Assembly (NCBI GenBank): GCA_973895155.1
Contig: OZ316896.1
Location: 6,500,166-6,564,165 of the forward strand
Reading direction: 5' to 3'
DNA from: Marsupella aquatica
Lineage: Eukaryota; Plantae; Marchantiophyta
DNA length: 64,000 bases
Shown in pieces: positions 1 to 12,779 of the stretch (position 1 is the first letter of the stretch; each line of letters opens with the position of its first letter). The notes under the pieces were generated by a model, which was not told where the DNA came from, did no database searches, and saw nothing but the letters and a program-made list of their open reading frames with translations. A program made the translations under genes and the position numbers.

Positions 1-301
1 GGAGGACCTATCGCCGACCTACTTACCAATGTCTGTTAAGCTTGAGTTAGGATGCTAGACTTGGGGAGATCTAGATCCTGAAGGGTTACTTATCGAGATG
101 CTTGGTTGGTTGTGCAGACATTGAGGACCGTTGAGTAGCGGTCGGGTTGGAGAGCAAGTGCAGCTTCGTATGGAAGGGGCCGTTGGTGGTGCAAGGGGCA
201 CTAGGCTACTCACTTGAGGTATTTCGTGGAGGCATTCGGGCACTACCCCACTTAGGCGTGGGTGCTAGGATTGGTGAAGGCGCTGGGTGGCAAGGTCCAC
301 C
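1..301. repeat. Right end of a dispersed non-coding repeat element; second copy at 62956-63265
   Basis: GGAG(G/A)ACCTATCGC...TTACCAATGTCTGTT(A/G)AGCTTGAGTTAGGATGCTAGACTTGGG...GGGTGGCAAGGTCCACC occurs at 1-301 and 62956-63265. Similarity stops right after GGTCCACC(A) in both copies. Confidence 0.9.
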
Positions 302-604
302 ATTGAGCACAACTCTAAAGGGTTGTTGCAAGACACAAATAAGCACTCTGCAACTCAGGATAGGACCATAGAGTTGAAATCGCAGCTCAGCAGAGGCAAA
401 AAAAAACCCCGCACCCCACCTTAGTTCTGCACAACACTTTCACACACTAGAATACTAGCCGTGTATAACATTAGAGCAATTGAAGCTTGACAACCAAAGC
501 AAAATGCAAGTGCTGACAATATACTATGATCCTGTCTACACTTCCATAGTGAAATCCAAGTTTGACCCCGGCCCCGACCTGAGATTGCTATAGTGATGGG
601 CATG

Positions 605-921
605 CATAAGAGAGGGAGAGATTTCTACACTTAAGGAGCAAGAGAGAGAATTGTGCAAGACAGAGGACGATGGAGAGTGGAGATGATGGAAGAGCGAGAT
701 GGAGAGAGACACACAGAGCAAGAGAAGGCAAGGAGGGAATTGAGCAAGAGAGGAGAATAGGGATGACCAAACAGTGAACTCTTGAAGAGAGGAGAGGCAG
801 AGAGACCGATAGAGCTAAGAGAGAGGAGGATGGAGAGTTAATATGAACAAACAGAGTACAAACAAATTGGAGAGAGACACAAAGAGCAAGCGACGGCAAG
901 GAGAGAATTGAGCAAGAGAGC
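605..921 (+). repeat. GA-rich low-complexity region with an internal duplication
   Basis: GGAGAGAGACACA(C/A)AGAGCAAG...GGCAAGG..AG.GAATTGAGCAAGAGAG occurs at ~701-751 and ~869-920. The + strand is strongly purine-skewed. Confidence 0.7.
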
Positions 922-2289
922 CAAGTACGAGCTTGTTCTACTGGACCAACATTTGTTCATCCTCAGGGGATGGGAAACATATAAAGAGGCTTAGGGGGCT
1001 GGGGATCATTGCAACAAGAGCAATGCTGCCCTTTACAATAACAGTGAGAATTCAAAGTACTTATGATGGCACTTATAGTCCTACCTGAAGCGCGAAAGAG
1101 ACACTGTGAAGCACAATGAAGCACCACACCACATGGGACTCTCCCACCAATGAGTCAACACCAGCCACACCCCCCACCGCCCAGAGATCAGCTGATAGAA
1201 GTTGACACCCTAAACCCTGCACTTCAGTTGAGAAGAGTCAAGACCACCCAATGTCACAACACACCTCTGCCTAGGAAAGAAGAATGAGTTATAGCTCTCA
1301 TGAACGAGACTGAACGAGACTGAAGAAAAACAACATTGAACAAAAACTAGCCGGGGAGAATGAGACTGAACAAGAACTGGCACTCAAGCACCGTAGCTCA
1401 AACAGCCTTGGTGCCCCCTTCCTTCCATGGCTCACAACCTCGGCCGCTCCAATGTTGTCACAATGAAGTATCACCCTAAACCTCTGCCCACAAAAGACAC
1501 AAAGTTACAGACCACACGACAGACCACACGACGATGGGGATTGTGAGTGTTGTTGTGCACATTGTGAGTGTAAGGCACAAGGCACCCATTCCCTCCGCAT
1601 TCTTCCCGCTCATAAGGCCTAATCAATTGGTACATGGTCTAGTGAATGTTAGGTAGAGTACAATCGGTAGTGAAGGTGTCACATCTGAGGGGAACAGACT
1701 TCAGGTTTGGGAAGGGGCAGAGACCAGACTTGGTGTGTCAGACATGTAAGGGGCTATCACGTTTGGCAAGGGGCAGCCATGTGAGGTTTGAAAGTGACTC
1801 AATGTCATCAGGGTGGACATCAAGGGGCACCTAAGGTAACTTAGCACTACGACTGTATTCAACTTGGATAGTGAACAACTTGTTTTCATAATTGAATGTC
1901 AAATTAAGTGGTATGGCACATCCACTTACAAGGTGCATGGACAACCTTGAACTCCCCAATTAACATTGCTAACTAAAGGAGTCACAACAAAATGAGTGAT
2001 TGAAAAGAGTACCAATGTGTATTCCGATCATATGGTTTGTAGAAGTGATAGTTATCACATATGTAGTGATAACACACCCAACGGCCATAACCGTGTCACA
2101 TTAGTCATTAGTGGTGTGGTAAAAAATATATAGGGGGTATTTCTACTAGTGTTTGTGGAGAATGTTCTTCTACGTAGGGCGCGGGGGACGTAGCATTGGC
2201 TGTGGCCTCTTCGGGAATTGCAGGTTTGTTGTTGGATGGAGATCGTATGGCACATTCAAGGTTTAAGCTTCCTCTCAATCCCAATGCTC

Positions 2290-3433
2290 AATCACTATGC
2301 AAAGTGAAGAAGCAAACAGAGCTTGCTGAATTATTGCAAAGGACAACATAATTCATTATGTGGGATGAAGCACCTATGGTTCATCGACATGCTGTGGAGG
2401 CACTTGACAGGACACGTCGCGACATAAGAGAAGACAACAGAAAGTTTGGGGGACTGGTGGTTGGATGTACAAGGGACTTTTGACAAGTGTTGCCGATGAA
2501 GGCAAGAGCAAGCCGTGCGCAAATTGTGGGAGGATGCTTGAAGAAATCTCACATTTGGCACCCTGTGAAAATGTTCAAGCTTATGGAGAATATGCATGTG
2601 CAAGGTACATCCACTTCAGTTGAGTTTGGGAACCAGACTTTCCAATAATGGCTCCTTCAACTTGGGAATGATAAATTGCCAAAGCAAGGAGCATTAAATA
2701 ACATGATTATGGTCCCGCCATCCATGGTGGAGAACATTGTTGACACCGACTCCTTGATTTGTGCAATTTATCCATTGTTGGAGAATATTGATGACAAGTT
2801 CCTAAGCGAGAGAACAATATTGGAGCCAACGAACGAGGAGGCGCTGAAGATCAACAGTTAAATATTGGAAGGGCTCGCAGGAGATGCACACACCTTCTTA
2901 AGTATAGATTGCCAAAATCAATTGGAAGGACTTGATTTATATCCTACTGAGTTCTTGAATACTCTAACACCTAGCGGTTTGCCTTCGCACAAGCTGGTAC
3001 TTAAGGTTTGATGCCCTGTTATTCTTTTATGTAATGTCAACTTCACTACAGGATTATGTAACGGGACACGACTCATAGTATGTACAATCAATAGTCGTGT
3101 CATAGAGGTGCAGGTTCTTGCAGACAAACATGTAGGGAACATAACTTTCATACCACGTATTTCGTTGATGTCAGATGAGGGACTTCCTTTCATGCTGCAA
3201 AGAGTCCAATTCCCGGTTCGAGTGGCATATGCCATGACTATTAATAAGGCACAGGGTCAGACTTTAGGACATGTAGGATTGCCACTTTCTAAGTCGATTT
3301 TCAATCATGGTCAATTGTATGTTGCCTTTTCAAGAGCAAATGTCCTACAAGGATAAAAGTGTTACTTCCAAATAGTGAGGATGGAGAAGCAAAGTTGACC
3401 AAAACTGTTGTATATGATGAAGTTCTCTACTAA
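2290..3433 (+). pseudogene. Degenerate Helitron PIF1-like helicase (C-terminal half of RepHel)
   Basis: Broken frames contain SF1/PIF1 motifs: WDEAPM (~2362), 'KFGG', 'RTILEPTNEE', 'YPTEFLNTLTPSGLPSHKLVLKV', 'GLCNGTRL', 'FIPRISL...RVQFPVRVAYAMTINKAQGQTL...HGQLYVAFSR'. Several stops and frameshifts. Confidence 0.92.
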
Positions 3434-3519
3434 ATCAATAAAGACCTCATCATGTGTATTCTCTTCAAAATATTTTATCAAGTGTGAATGTTATTATTTC
3501 ACTTTTCTTAACAACATCT

Positions 3520-3818
3520 TTTACTTCATAACGTCTTTGACTAATGACATATTTTACTTATCGACCATATTGTGCTTACAACATCGTTATACTTAACCAA
3601 ATATTTTTCTCAACAACGTCTTGGGCGACACAATGTCATTTTTCCCAACGACCTCTTGGGCAACATGACATCTTTTCTCTCAACTACCTCTTGGCCGACA
3701 CGACATCTTTTCTCTCCACGACCTCTTGGCTAACGTACACGACATCTTTTCTCTCCACGACCTCTTGGCCGATACAACATCTTTATTTCTCAACGACATC
3801 TTGGCTGACATGACTTCT
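3520..3818 (+). repeat. Helitron subterminal tandem repeat, ~33-36 bp degenerate units
   Basis: Recurrent unit of the type ACGACCTCTTGGCCGACACGACATCTTTTCTCTCC, about 7-8 degenerate copies just before the 3' hairpin. Confidence 0.8.
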
Positions 3819-4482
3819 TTTGGGCAACGCACAGGTATTGAGCTAGTTCCTTATATTACTCATACAATCGCCATGTAGGCATTTGTGAGATCTCATATTA
3901 TTCTTCATTAGGGCTCACATAAGTCAATATGTTAGTAAAACTTTTACATATCAATAAACTTTAATCCCCATTGTGGGATTTCTCCCTATCTTAAATTTTT
4001 ACAGTGTATAAATTTGGACAGCTGTATCCATAAAAGAACCAGCATACAAATACACCCCAAAATACTTTCCATATTATGAAATGTCAAAGCTGCTTACGTG
4101 GCAAGATCTGGTAGGCCAGCTATAATAAAAATCACCCCACTATCTTTAGTGTTGGCTGAACCTGGGGTTCCCCAACTCCCACTTAACTCACATTTGTAGG
4201 CTGCGGTTTACAAAGTGGCCATGACAGAAATGTACTGTAGCCAACTCAGTCAACCACACTTTGAGGGTCTCCGGTCCCCATTTTTGCTGATTTGAGACGC
4301 CCTGATAACCCCACCTAATAATCCTCAAATCGGTGTCAACAAACTCGGGTACGTATGTTTGACGACTTTCACCCCCCTCCCGTTGCCACTCGACTCAGGT
4401 GTCGTGTGACTTCACTGGGGTTGGGGTTCGCAGTGTTGGGGCATAGGAGTGGAGTAGGAGATACACCCATCAATCTGACAGG

Positions 4483-4511
4483 AGGCGAGGCGAGGCGAGG
4501 CGAGGCAAGGC
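4483..4511 (+). repeat. (GGCGA)n pentanucleotide microsatellite upstream of the CDS gene
   Basis: GGCGAGGCGAGGCGAGGCGAGGCAAGGC read directly. Confidence 0.8.
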
Positions 4512-4941
4512 AGAAAAGAGCGCGCGAGACCAACAAAAGGGGATTCAAGTGAGTAAAAGAGGGAGGAATGGATTGAATGTGAACCGACCGCATGTCAATG
4601 GCCCAAAGCGGAGACATGTGGGATTGAAGTAGTCATCAGCGAGGCGCATGGGGTGAGGCCTGCGAGCGCAGAATTCTGGGGCTCAGCTCCTCTTTGCGCT
4701 GCAATCTGGACTAGTTTTGGGAAAGTTGGTGTGCGAAGGTGGACAAGTATCTGCCTTGTGTATCTGTTGGAACGATTTGCATTTAGGAGAGGTTTGTCTC
4801 AGGGCACGCGGGAGCAACTTACAGCGGACCAATTTGCTTCAGTGGGAGCAAGACCGTGAGTACGACGAGCTTATGAAGGCGGAAAGAAAGGGTGTACGAA
4901 AGGAGTTTGCTGGAAAGTAAGTGGGAAGTTGAAAGGAAAAG

Positions 4942-7900
4942 ATGCAGAAAGATAAGTTCAATGGAACGTCTCCCCCGCTTTCCCCGAGTTCAAACTTGCA
5001 GACTCCTCCCGTTTCTCGCCACAGGCATCGGAAGCGTAGTCATGAAGAGAACCGTCTGGTAAGCTTGTTTCGGAAATGTCTCATGATGATGATGTTCTCC
5101 TGATGACTCACTGTGCCCTTTAGTTATGTACCGTAGGTTTCTTTGGAATAACGAAGAACATGAGACATCTCGGAACCCTTGTTCATATTTCGAGCCCTCT
5201 CCCGGTTTCTGAGTATTTTCCCCATCATCCGTAGAAATTTGTTTCAAAAGGGGTGCCAGGCCGCTAGCCTAGTTAGAAGGTAATTCTTTCCAGAAGATGT
5301 AAAGACGAATTGGGGGACCCTTTCAAACTGCTTACCAGGCTTCGAGGTTGAGAAAAGCAACTGTTCGAGAAGGTTGGAAACTCAGGCCAGACGGGGCAGG
5401 TAGGGTATCTGGTGCAAGTAAGGTTGTAATTCCGAGCAGGAATTATCGATGTGCTTGGAAACAGAGTTCCAGAAAATCCATGAAGACCGGCTGGTTCAAT
5501 TGAGATTTCCCAAAATGATCGTGCAAGCAATTAGACCGAAATGAGATAGAGAAGGGTTTGATAGCGTGAAGGAAGATGCAATTCGGGACGACAAGATATA
5601 GGTTGCAATGTTATTGTAGTTGGAGCAATTTTGTGAAGGATTCGTAATTCTTTCTTGAAGACAAATCTCCTCGGCAACTTATCTCAGGCTCAATAAAACG
5701 GCAAGGCTTGAATTATTTGGCTAAATATTTTATGTCAAACCTTTGGATCGGTTTCTTTGAACTGAGTGACCCTGACATTTTTTGTTTCGGCTCAAGGGCT
5801 TACAGAAATTCAAGCCCTCGGTTTGCCTTCCGACACTCGAGGGATGCTATGATGAATCATTTCATTTTGTTTGAAAGGTTGACGACTCCTTTGGTTTATC
5901 CTGCAACGACAAAGTGAACTGAGCAGCCTCTGCTCCTCCCCGCTTAATTAGAGCTATTCGTGCTAGGCCTTTATGGCACATGGGCAGCTGCGCTGCGTGT
6001 CGTCATCTGTCTGACCTCTCTCTCTTGACAGATTGTTATGAACCAAGAGATTGTGTTGGGTGTTCCTATATTTTGTAAGCTACGGTACCAGAGTTCTTAC
6101 GCTCATGATTCGGAGATTGTTTCCATTTGTTACTACTCTATCAATGTTGGGGATTACAGACGTGGCACTATATATTGGAACTTCACGTTTTGCGACAGTT
6201 CAAACTTTGCCAATGTTTATAGTTTCAATAAATCCTAATGGTGGTTCTAATCTCTTTGAACAGAATTCAGAGGATGCAACGAAATTTCCAAAGGGAGAAG
6301 GGAACTTACTCGTGAATGATGCAAGCAAGTATAGAAGTATGAGAACCCGTGTTACATCTTCGGTATGGATGATTGGAGGATTCGTTTTTATTGTCTACAT
6401 GGGGCATCTATACATATGGGCAATGATCGTTGTGATCCAGCTATTTATGGCTCAGGAGCTTTTCACTCTTGCAAGGGGCCCTGCACAGAAAGAAAAGCAA
6501 CTCCCCTCAGGATTTCGGCTCTTGAACTGGTGGGTGCACCTCGAAATTGTTATTTCGACTTTGGCAAGAAATATGTGGCGTGTGGGTTAGCCTCGTCGGT
6601 AGTCCACATTAGTATATGGACTAAGAGACTTCAGTGCTGGGTGGTTAATCTCCGTTTTTCAGAAACAATAGTAACCAGAAGCAGCTGGTTTAACATTCGT
6701 CATGTTTTTCTGCATCCATGAGTAACGGAGAAAGAGCAGCATCCGTCTAGCTAGTGGAACTGGATTCTTTCTTTTTTGAGTTTGGTGGGATAATTTATTT
6801 CTTAGTAGGCTAGGTCAGAACCTGTTGCTCCTAGCTCGACTTACTATTATCTAGGGACAGCGTGTGATGGACAGTCGATAAGAGTAGTAAATAAAATTTC
6901 CCAAGCTAGAGCAGGTGACACTTCATAATGAGGACCATGAAATCAACCAGAAGTCTGAGCATGTATGATCTTTACACTGAGATGATCTGCTATTCTTTCA
7001 GGCATTTCTTCATTACAGCAATGGTATATGTCTATGGACGCTTCTTAAGCAAGCAGCTTGTGAAGACCATTTCGTCTGATAAAATGCTTATCTTAGTTTT
7101 TAGCGGAGTAATCCAGTACCACATGATAATCTGCTACTTTCTGTACATTGCAGGTAAGGCTCAAACAGAAATTGCTTTCTCCATTGTGAAGTCCCCCTTG
7201 TGACAGTTGGCAATTGCCTCTTGAAGTCGAGCCATTTCGAATGAAATGAAATCTTGTTACATAAATGAATCCATCTGTAGTGATCATTTCTACACGCAGA
7301 CACATTTGATGTCTAAATGTCTAGATCTGCTCTGGACGTAGTGCCTCTCAAATAGGTCATATTATTATGTACGTGCCATTTCAGAGACCGTATTTGTTAT
7401 AAATTTGTACTAAGTGATTTTCAATTTGTTTTGTCAGGGTTTGTCTGCTTCATCTTGACACTCAAGAAAGGAATGTACCAATATCAGTTTGGACAATACG
7501 CGTGGACCCACATGATCTTATTTGTTGTATTTGCACAGTCTTCATTTACTGTGGCAAACATCTTCGAAGGAATCATTTGGTAAATATCATGCTCTGATGA
7601 TACAATACTTGAAAATGGTTGCAATGGTTTTACCGAGTTTTGCTATTTCAATCTAGTAATGATTTTTTGCCTAATCTTCTTTGTTAAGGTTAGTTCGCCT
7701 AACGAGAATGTGATCGGTAGATGAGTCTCGAGACAGCACTGACAATTACAAATGCTTGATGCACAAATTCCTATCGCGAAATCATGAAAGGGTTCAGATG
7801 GGAATCTATCAAGCTCTCGAAGCCAATTGCATGGAAATCTATCAAGCTCTCTCAGCCAATTGCAGGTCTAGTGCTCATATTCTAACATGTCGTGCCCTAT

Positions 7901-10144
7901 ACAGGTTTCTTTTGCCTGCTTCCCTGATTGTTATAAACGACATTGCAGCCTACTTTTTTGGATTCTTTTTTGGTCGAACGCCTCTGATAAAGTTGTCGCC
8001 AAAGAAAACTTGGGAGGGATTCATGGGAGCTTCCGTCACAACCGTCCTATCTGGATTTGTGGTATCTCTCGTCTTTACAGCTGTCTTTCCTGTCTTCGGT
8101 AGCTTAGTGCTCAGAGTTGCTACATAACAAAATATTTCTTTCATTGCCAGTGTATCGACTCCACATTACTGATGGCTAGAAGTCCTTATCAGGTGCTGCA
8201 ATAAATCCTATTCCCTTGGCACGTCACTGTTTCAGTGTAAAAACAGGTTGCCTGGAGATCTTTCGGTGGTGGGCTAACATGGTCTATCCTTGTTTTTCTG
8301 TTGCTTATTTCCACTGTACGGTGCAGTGCAAGGACATCCTAATAATTGGTTTCTTGTGTTGTCAGCTAGCGTATCTGATGGGAAGCTCTGAGTGGTTGAC
8401 GTGTCCCCGGAAGGTAATTTTACTGCTGTGTTTTAGCTTCTTGTTGTTTTTTCTCAATGTGCAAAAAAGCTTGGAATTATTATAGCCATGATTATCTGTG
8501 TAAGTACTGTCTGGTATTTATTTCTCTTCGACAGTCAACAAGATATTTTTCTTTTTCTTCCAATTAACTAATGAGTTTCCTTTTCGTCTGATTCCCTGAG
8601 AACATTAAAGGATGACACTTTCAGTTTTTATGTTTTACAAGAGTTTGGTCAACGAGAGTAGTACATCTCCTTCCGGGTTGTTCTTGTACACAGGGTGGTT
8701 GGAAAGTTGATAATGTATCTGCTGGCAGGATCTCTCTACTGGTTGGTTGCACTGTGATCCGGGTCCTCTTTTCAAGCCTAAGTTCTACTCATTGGCCTGG
8801 CTTCCTTCGTGGGTAAGTGTTTGCCTGCTATCTGCAGATGTTTGTTTTTTGGATGAACTGTTTAAGTTGGTGCTTTCCTGCAATTATGCACCTAATTCAA
8901 TATTACAAGAAAGAATTGCTATATTGGTGCTTTCGTGCAGTTACGCACCCAATTGGCAATGTGGTCTTTTGCAGGCTCCATGGCCCTGGAGAGAGGTGAC
9001 GATCATGCCAGTGCAGCTTCATGCGATGGCTTTAGGACTGTTTGCGTCCAGCATAGCCCCTTTTGGAGGCTTTTTTGCCAGTGGCTTCAAACGAGCTTTC
9101 AAAATAAAGGTCTGTTTTCTCTTTACCGAGTAATGGCAATCATCGCATTGTCCTTTTATGGTCACCTGTCATCTGTTTAGTTGGCTTTGGTATCGTGAAT
9201 ATCGAATCTAGTTGTGAATCTTCACAAAGCCCGGGATCAATCTGGAATTTCGCTCACAGAGAGATTTCCCTCAATCACACATGGAAGTAATAACACATGA
9301 CTATCGCACTGTGAAGGATAACAGAAATTTTGATGCGCTTGGACCTGCAGGATTTTGGAGACAGTATACCAGGACATGGTGGAATTACTGACCGGATGGA
9401 TTGCCAGGTACGGTTAGATATTTACGACTACGTTTGTTGTGTCCTGGGGCCTCTCCCTATAATTGAGTACTCGAAGGGCTGCTGTTTGCCCAAAGGGCGG
9501 ATGAGCCCGACAATTGGAAGGAGGCCTGCTCTGCATCAGTGACAACTAGTGAATATTCTTCTATTAAATGATCCCTCACCAATTTCGAACTCTTGTATAT
9601 TTCATTTATATTATTCCCATACTCTTTCTGCTTGCAAGCAGTACGCAATCACTATGTTGCAATGGTGTCCTCACCTCCTAACAACATTCTTTGCACCTGT
9701 CAGATGGTGATGGCTGTATTTTCTTACACTTACTATCAATCTTTCATTGCAACCCGAGCTTACTCCGTTGATCTACTCCTCGAACAGGTGTGCTGTCAAT
9801 AATGAGTACTAGACAATTGCTGGCGATTGAGTAATAACAGTAATGTTTTGAGATCATGAAATCATTAGGAGATGGTACTCTTCTCATGAACTTTAATGTA
9901 GTCAGAATAGCAATCTCTGGTTTGCGATCGAGATTGTTGCTTCCGGGCTCCAGTGTTCTGCTGTAGTCACGTCTCTCTTTAGCTTGGACACATGGTAGCT
10001 CATAGACCATTTGACATTCATTATTGACCAACTTGACTTTCTTATTAACAGATTCTGGGACATTTAACGTCGGATGAGCAGCTCGTGTTGTATCAGCAAT
10101 TAGCTGAAGTATTGACAAAGAGGGAACAAATCGGAACAGGTTGA
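4942..10144 (+). CDS. CDS1: Phosphatidate cytidylyltransferase (CDP-diacylglycerol synthase, extraplastidial CDS1/2/3 type). 11 exons: 4942-5058, 6264-6529, 7002-7153, 7438-7579, 7905-8061, 8366-8413, 8729-8812, 8975-9109, 9351-9407, 9704-9787, 10052-10144
   Basis: GT-AG introns join one continuous frame: MQKDKFNG...RHRHRKRS / LLVNDASKY...[17 protein letters not shown] / [11 protein letters not shown] / [39 protein letters not shown] / [17 protein letters not shown] / [37 protein letters not shown] (CTP_transf signature) / [10 protein letters not shown]...TG*. Confidence 0.96.
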
Positions 10145-12779
10145 TGCTGCAACAATTCTCTCCTATCTGAATACTTAGTGAGCCCAATTGTCAAAGTTCC
10201 AATCCTGGATTTGGTAGTATGTGTATCTTAGTAGTCATGGCAGAGTGTGAAATAGCGTATGAGGTAGTGTGCGTTGATGTCACAGTAGTGAACGACCAAT
10301 ATTTTTTCTAGTGAACAGTAGTGTACCATGGGGGAGTGATGGATTTTAGGAGTGAATTGCCAAATAAATGAGATACCTTTTTTTTAGTCTGTTTTAGAGG
10401 CTACAGTTTACAGGTTGAGCCATGGCAATGAAACTAGTCAGTGGCCTCAACAAATGTAAGGCTCGTAATCATCTGTATATATATGATCAGTGCCTCCCTT
10501 ACTGCAGTGCGAACTACGGTAGTTAGTATCTTTGTATGTTTCTGCAGCTCGATTATAGGTGTCAGTTATTTAAATACGAGGAAAGTGCTTTTGTTTTCAT
10601 AAAGGGAAACCTTGAAGGGAAACCCTCAGTTGGTATTATAAGTTTTTAACATAGTTCCTCCCAACTGCTTGAGAAATTGTCAGTTCACTATTTTTTAATA
10701 CAGCCACTTGCCAAACTGCTATGGAGCACACAACAATTTGAACTGGCGAAAATAGACTAAAGCAAAAACTGGTGTGCTAGCCATTGTAGTAGGGGCAGGG
10801 CCTACAGGGAAACTGTTTGGGAACGCTAAATCTGGTGTGCTTACCAGTCAGATGGGGGACAGGGCCTACAAGGAAACTATGGGTAACACGTTATGTGTTT
10901 CCTGTCCAAGGCTCAAACCCTACGGTAGGTATCCACTAGGTTCATTTTCCACGTTGAGCAGGCCTTGAAAGTGCTGAAGTAAACAATTCCATAGGGAGCA
11001 GAAGATTATAATTACTTACCTTTGGCTTCTTTTCTGCATGGTAAAATTCTCTAAAAAGGACACAAAAACAAGGCCTTCGAGCCTTTCAAAGTTACAATTA
11101 ACACTAGTGGGTAGATTTGATTGATCAATGCATGTGATAGATCATGACAGTGGTCGCAATGCAAGTTGGAGTTGTTGGATTTCCTACATTGATGAATAGT
11201 ATCAAGTGCTGATGATTAAGCTTGATTGACTGTACTTTTAACTTTGTCAAATGTTCGTTTTGAGTTCCCACAAGGTTGTTTCTTTGTTATTGGGTACTTC
11301 AATATCTAAATTGCATTAAGAGATCTTTATTACAATAATTTTGTTGTCTCAAGTTTGTTTGGGTTGAAATGTTCTATGCTGCTGCCTACTTTTTTTCCCC
11401 AAACAATTTGAATAGTGGGCCATGGGGCACTCTATTCAAATTTTGTACTTGATGTTGTGTATGAATATTGGTGTTTTGGCATCCTGAAATGAATGTAGTG
11501 TGTAAGCAAAAATGATAGGCATAAGACTGATATGTCTTAGGCGTGTTCAAGTGTAAGCTGCTTTTACTTTCCAATAACATTTTCTCCGCAAAATGTGTAA
11601 GTAAATAACTCAAACCTTGAAATTAGACAAGGGGAAAGGACAAATTTGTAATGCAAAGCAATACATTACGATTGCACAAAGTAATACATTAAAACCATAA
11701 GTGTTAAGTCTATTACTATCACTTGGTAAAATATATATATTTATGACATAAAAGAGTTCACCATGTGAGTTGTCTAGAGTTAGTCCTTGGGCAATCATTG
11801 AAAGGTTATTAGAACAAGTGCAAACTAATCAGAATTATTTTCAATCTTGTTGGTACATTCATAGCCAAAATTTAATTTAAAAATTATTTAAAAATCTAAA
11901 TTTAGCAAGAATATAAAAGAAAATTATTTAGCAAAATATGTTCAAAAATCAAATTCATACAATAAAGTGAAAACATTTGTTTTTTTAAGTTTATTGTTTT
12001 TCTCACACATATTTTATGGGGCTTTACACTGAGTAATTTCAGAGGGGAGTTAGTAACTCCTGTAAAGTTTGCTGCAAATGGTGACTATCTATTTTCACAA
12101 AACATCATAGATGTCATAAAGACAACTGTTTCAGGGTTCCCAGGTTGCCCCACAAGAATAACACTTATGAATGGAGCACATTAAACACACATCGTGAAGG
12201 ACAGGAGGATTGGACAAGTTTACTTTGTATACCAAAGCTAGCCAAGAAAACCAGGAATGTCAATGTTCAGTTGGAGAAGGGGTAGACTGACAAATTTGGT
12301 GAACTGCTTTGCAAGAGACAAGTTATGATGAGAGTTCAAAGGGGTATAACCACAGTGACAACAAATAGTTAATAGATTTGCTGTTACGAGCAAAAATCTA
12401 CTCATACAAGGAATTCAATTACTAATAGCAGAAAATTTGTTTACTCATACGAAAACTATTTACTTGTATGAGTTTTCCAGGTTATTCAAAGTCGACAAAA
12501 AGGGCTCCATGTTTTAAAAAAACAACAATCATATAAGCGCTCACTGAAATGCTAACATAATGGGCCCACCATTCCATGATAATTAACAGACAATATACAG
12601 GTCATTACAAGAAGATGCGCTTTCTTTAACTGTCAATATGTATCCATACTTTTGTAAATTTTGGCTAGCGCCAAGCGCTAGTGACAGAAACTACATATTT
12701 TTTGAAAAGAAACGGGTACGTCTGCTGCTCGTTAGAAAAGACAAATGCCACTTAGAGCTGTTCAACGTCACCAAATTGT

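Larger units (their letters stand above)
2290..3846 (+). mobile_element. Helitron 3' portion ending in CTAG (5' end not located)
   Basis: The helicase remnant is followed by GGGCAACGCACAGG...AGCTAG|T (CTAG 3843-3846), which matches the usual plant Helitron 3' hairpin + CTAG/T junction. Confidence 0.85.

Noticed and set aside
6051-6263. N-terminal extension of the 179-aa ORF in the CDS gene
   Set aside because: It is intron 1 sequence. The real first exon is 4942-5058, spliced to the acceptor at 6263.
10770-10970. Short repeated CAGGGCCTACA(G/A)GGAAACT motif as a possible MITE
   Set aside because: Only two ~20-bp direct copies, with no TIR or TSD identified.
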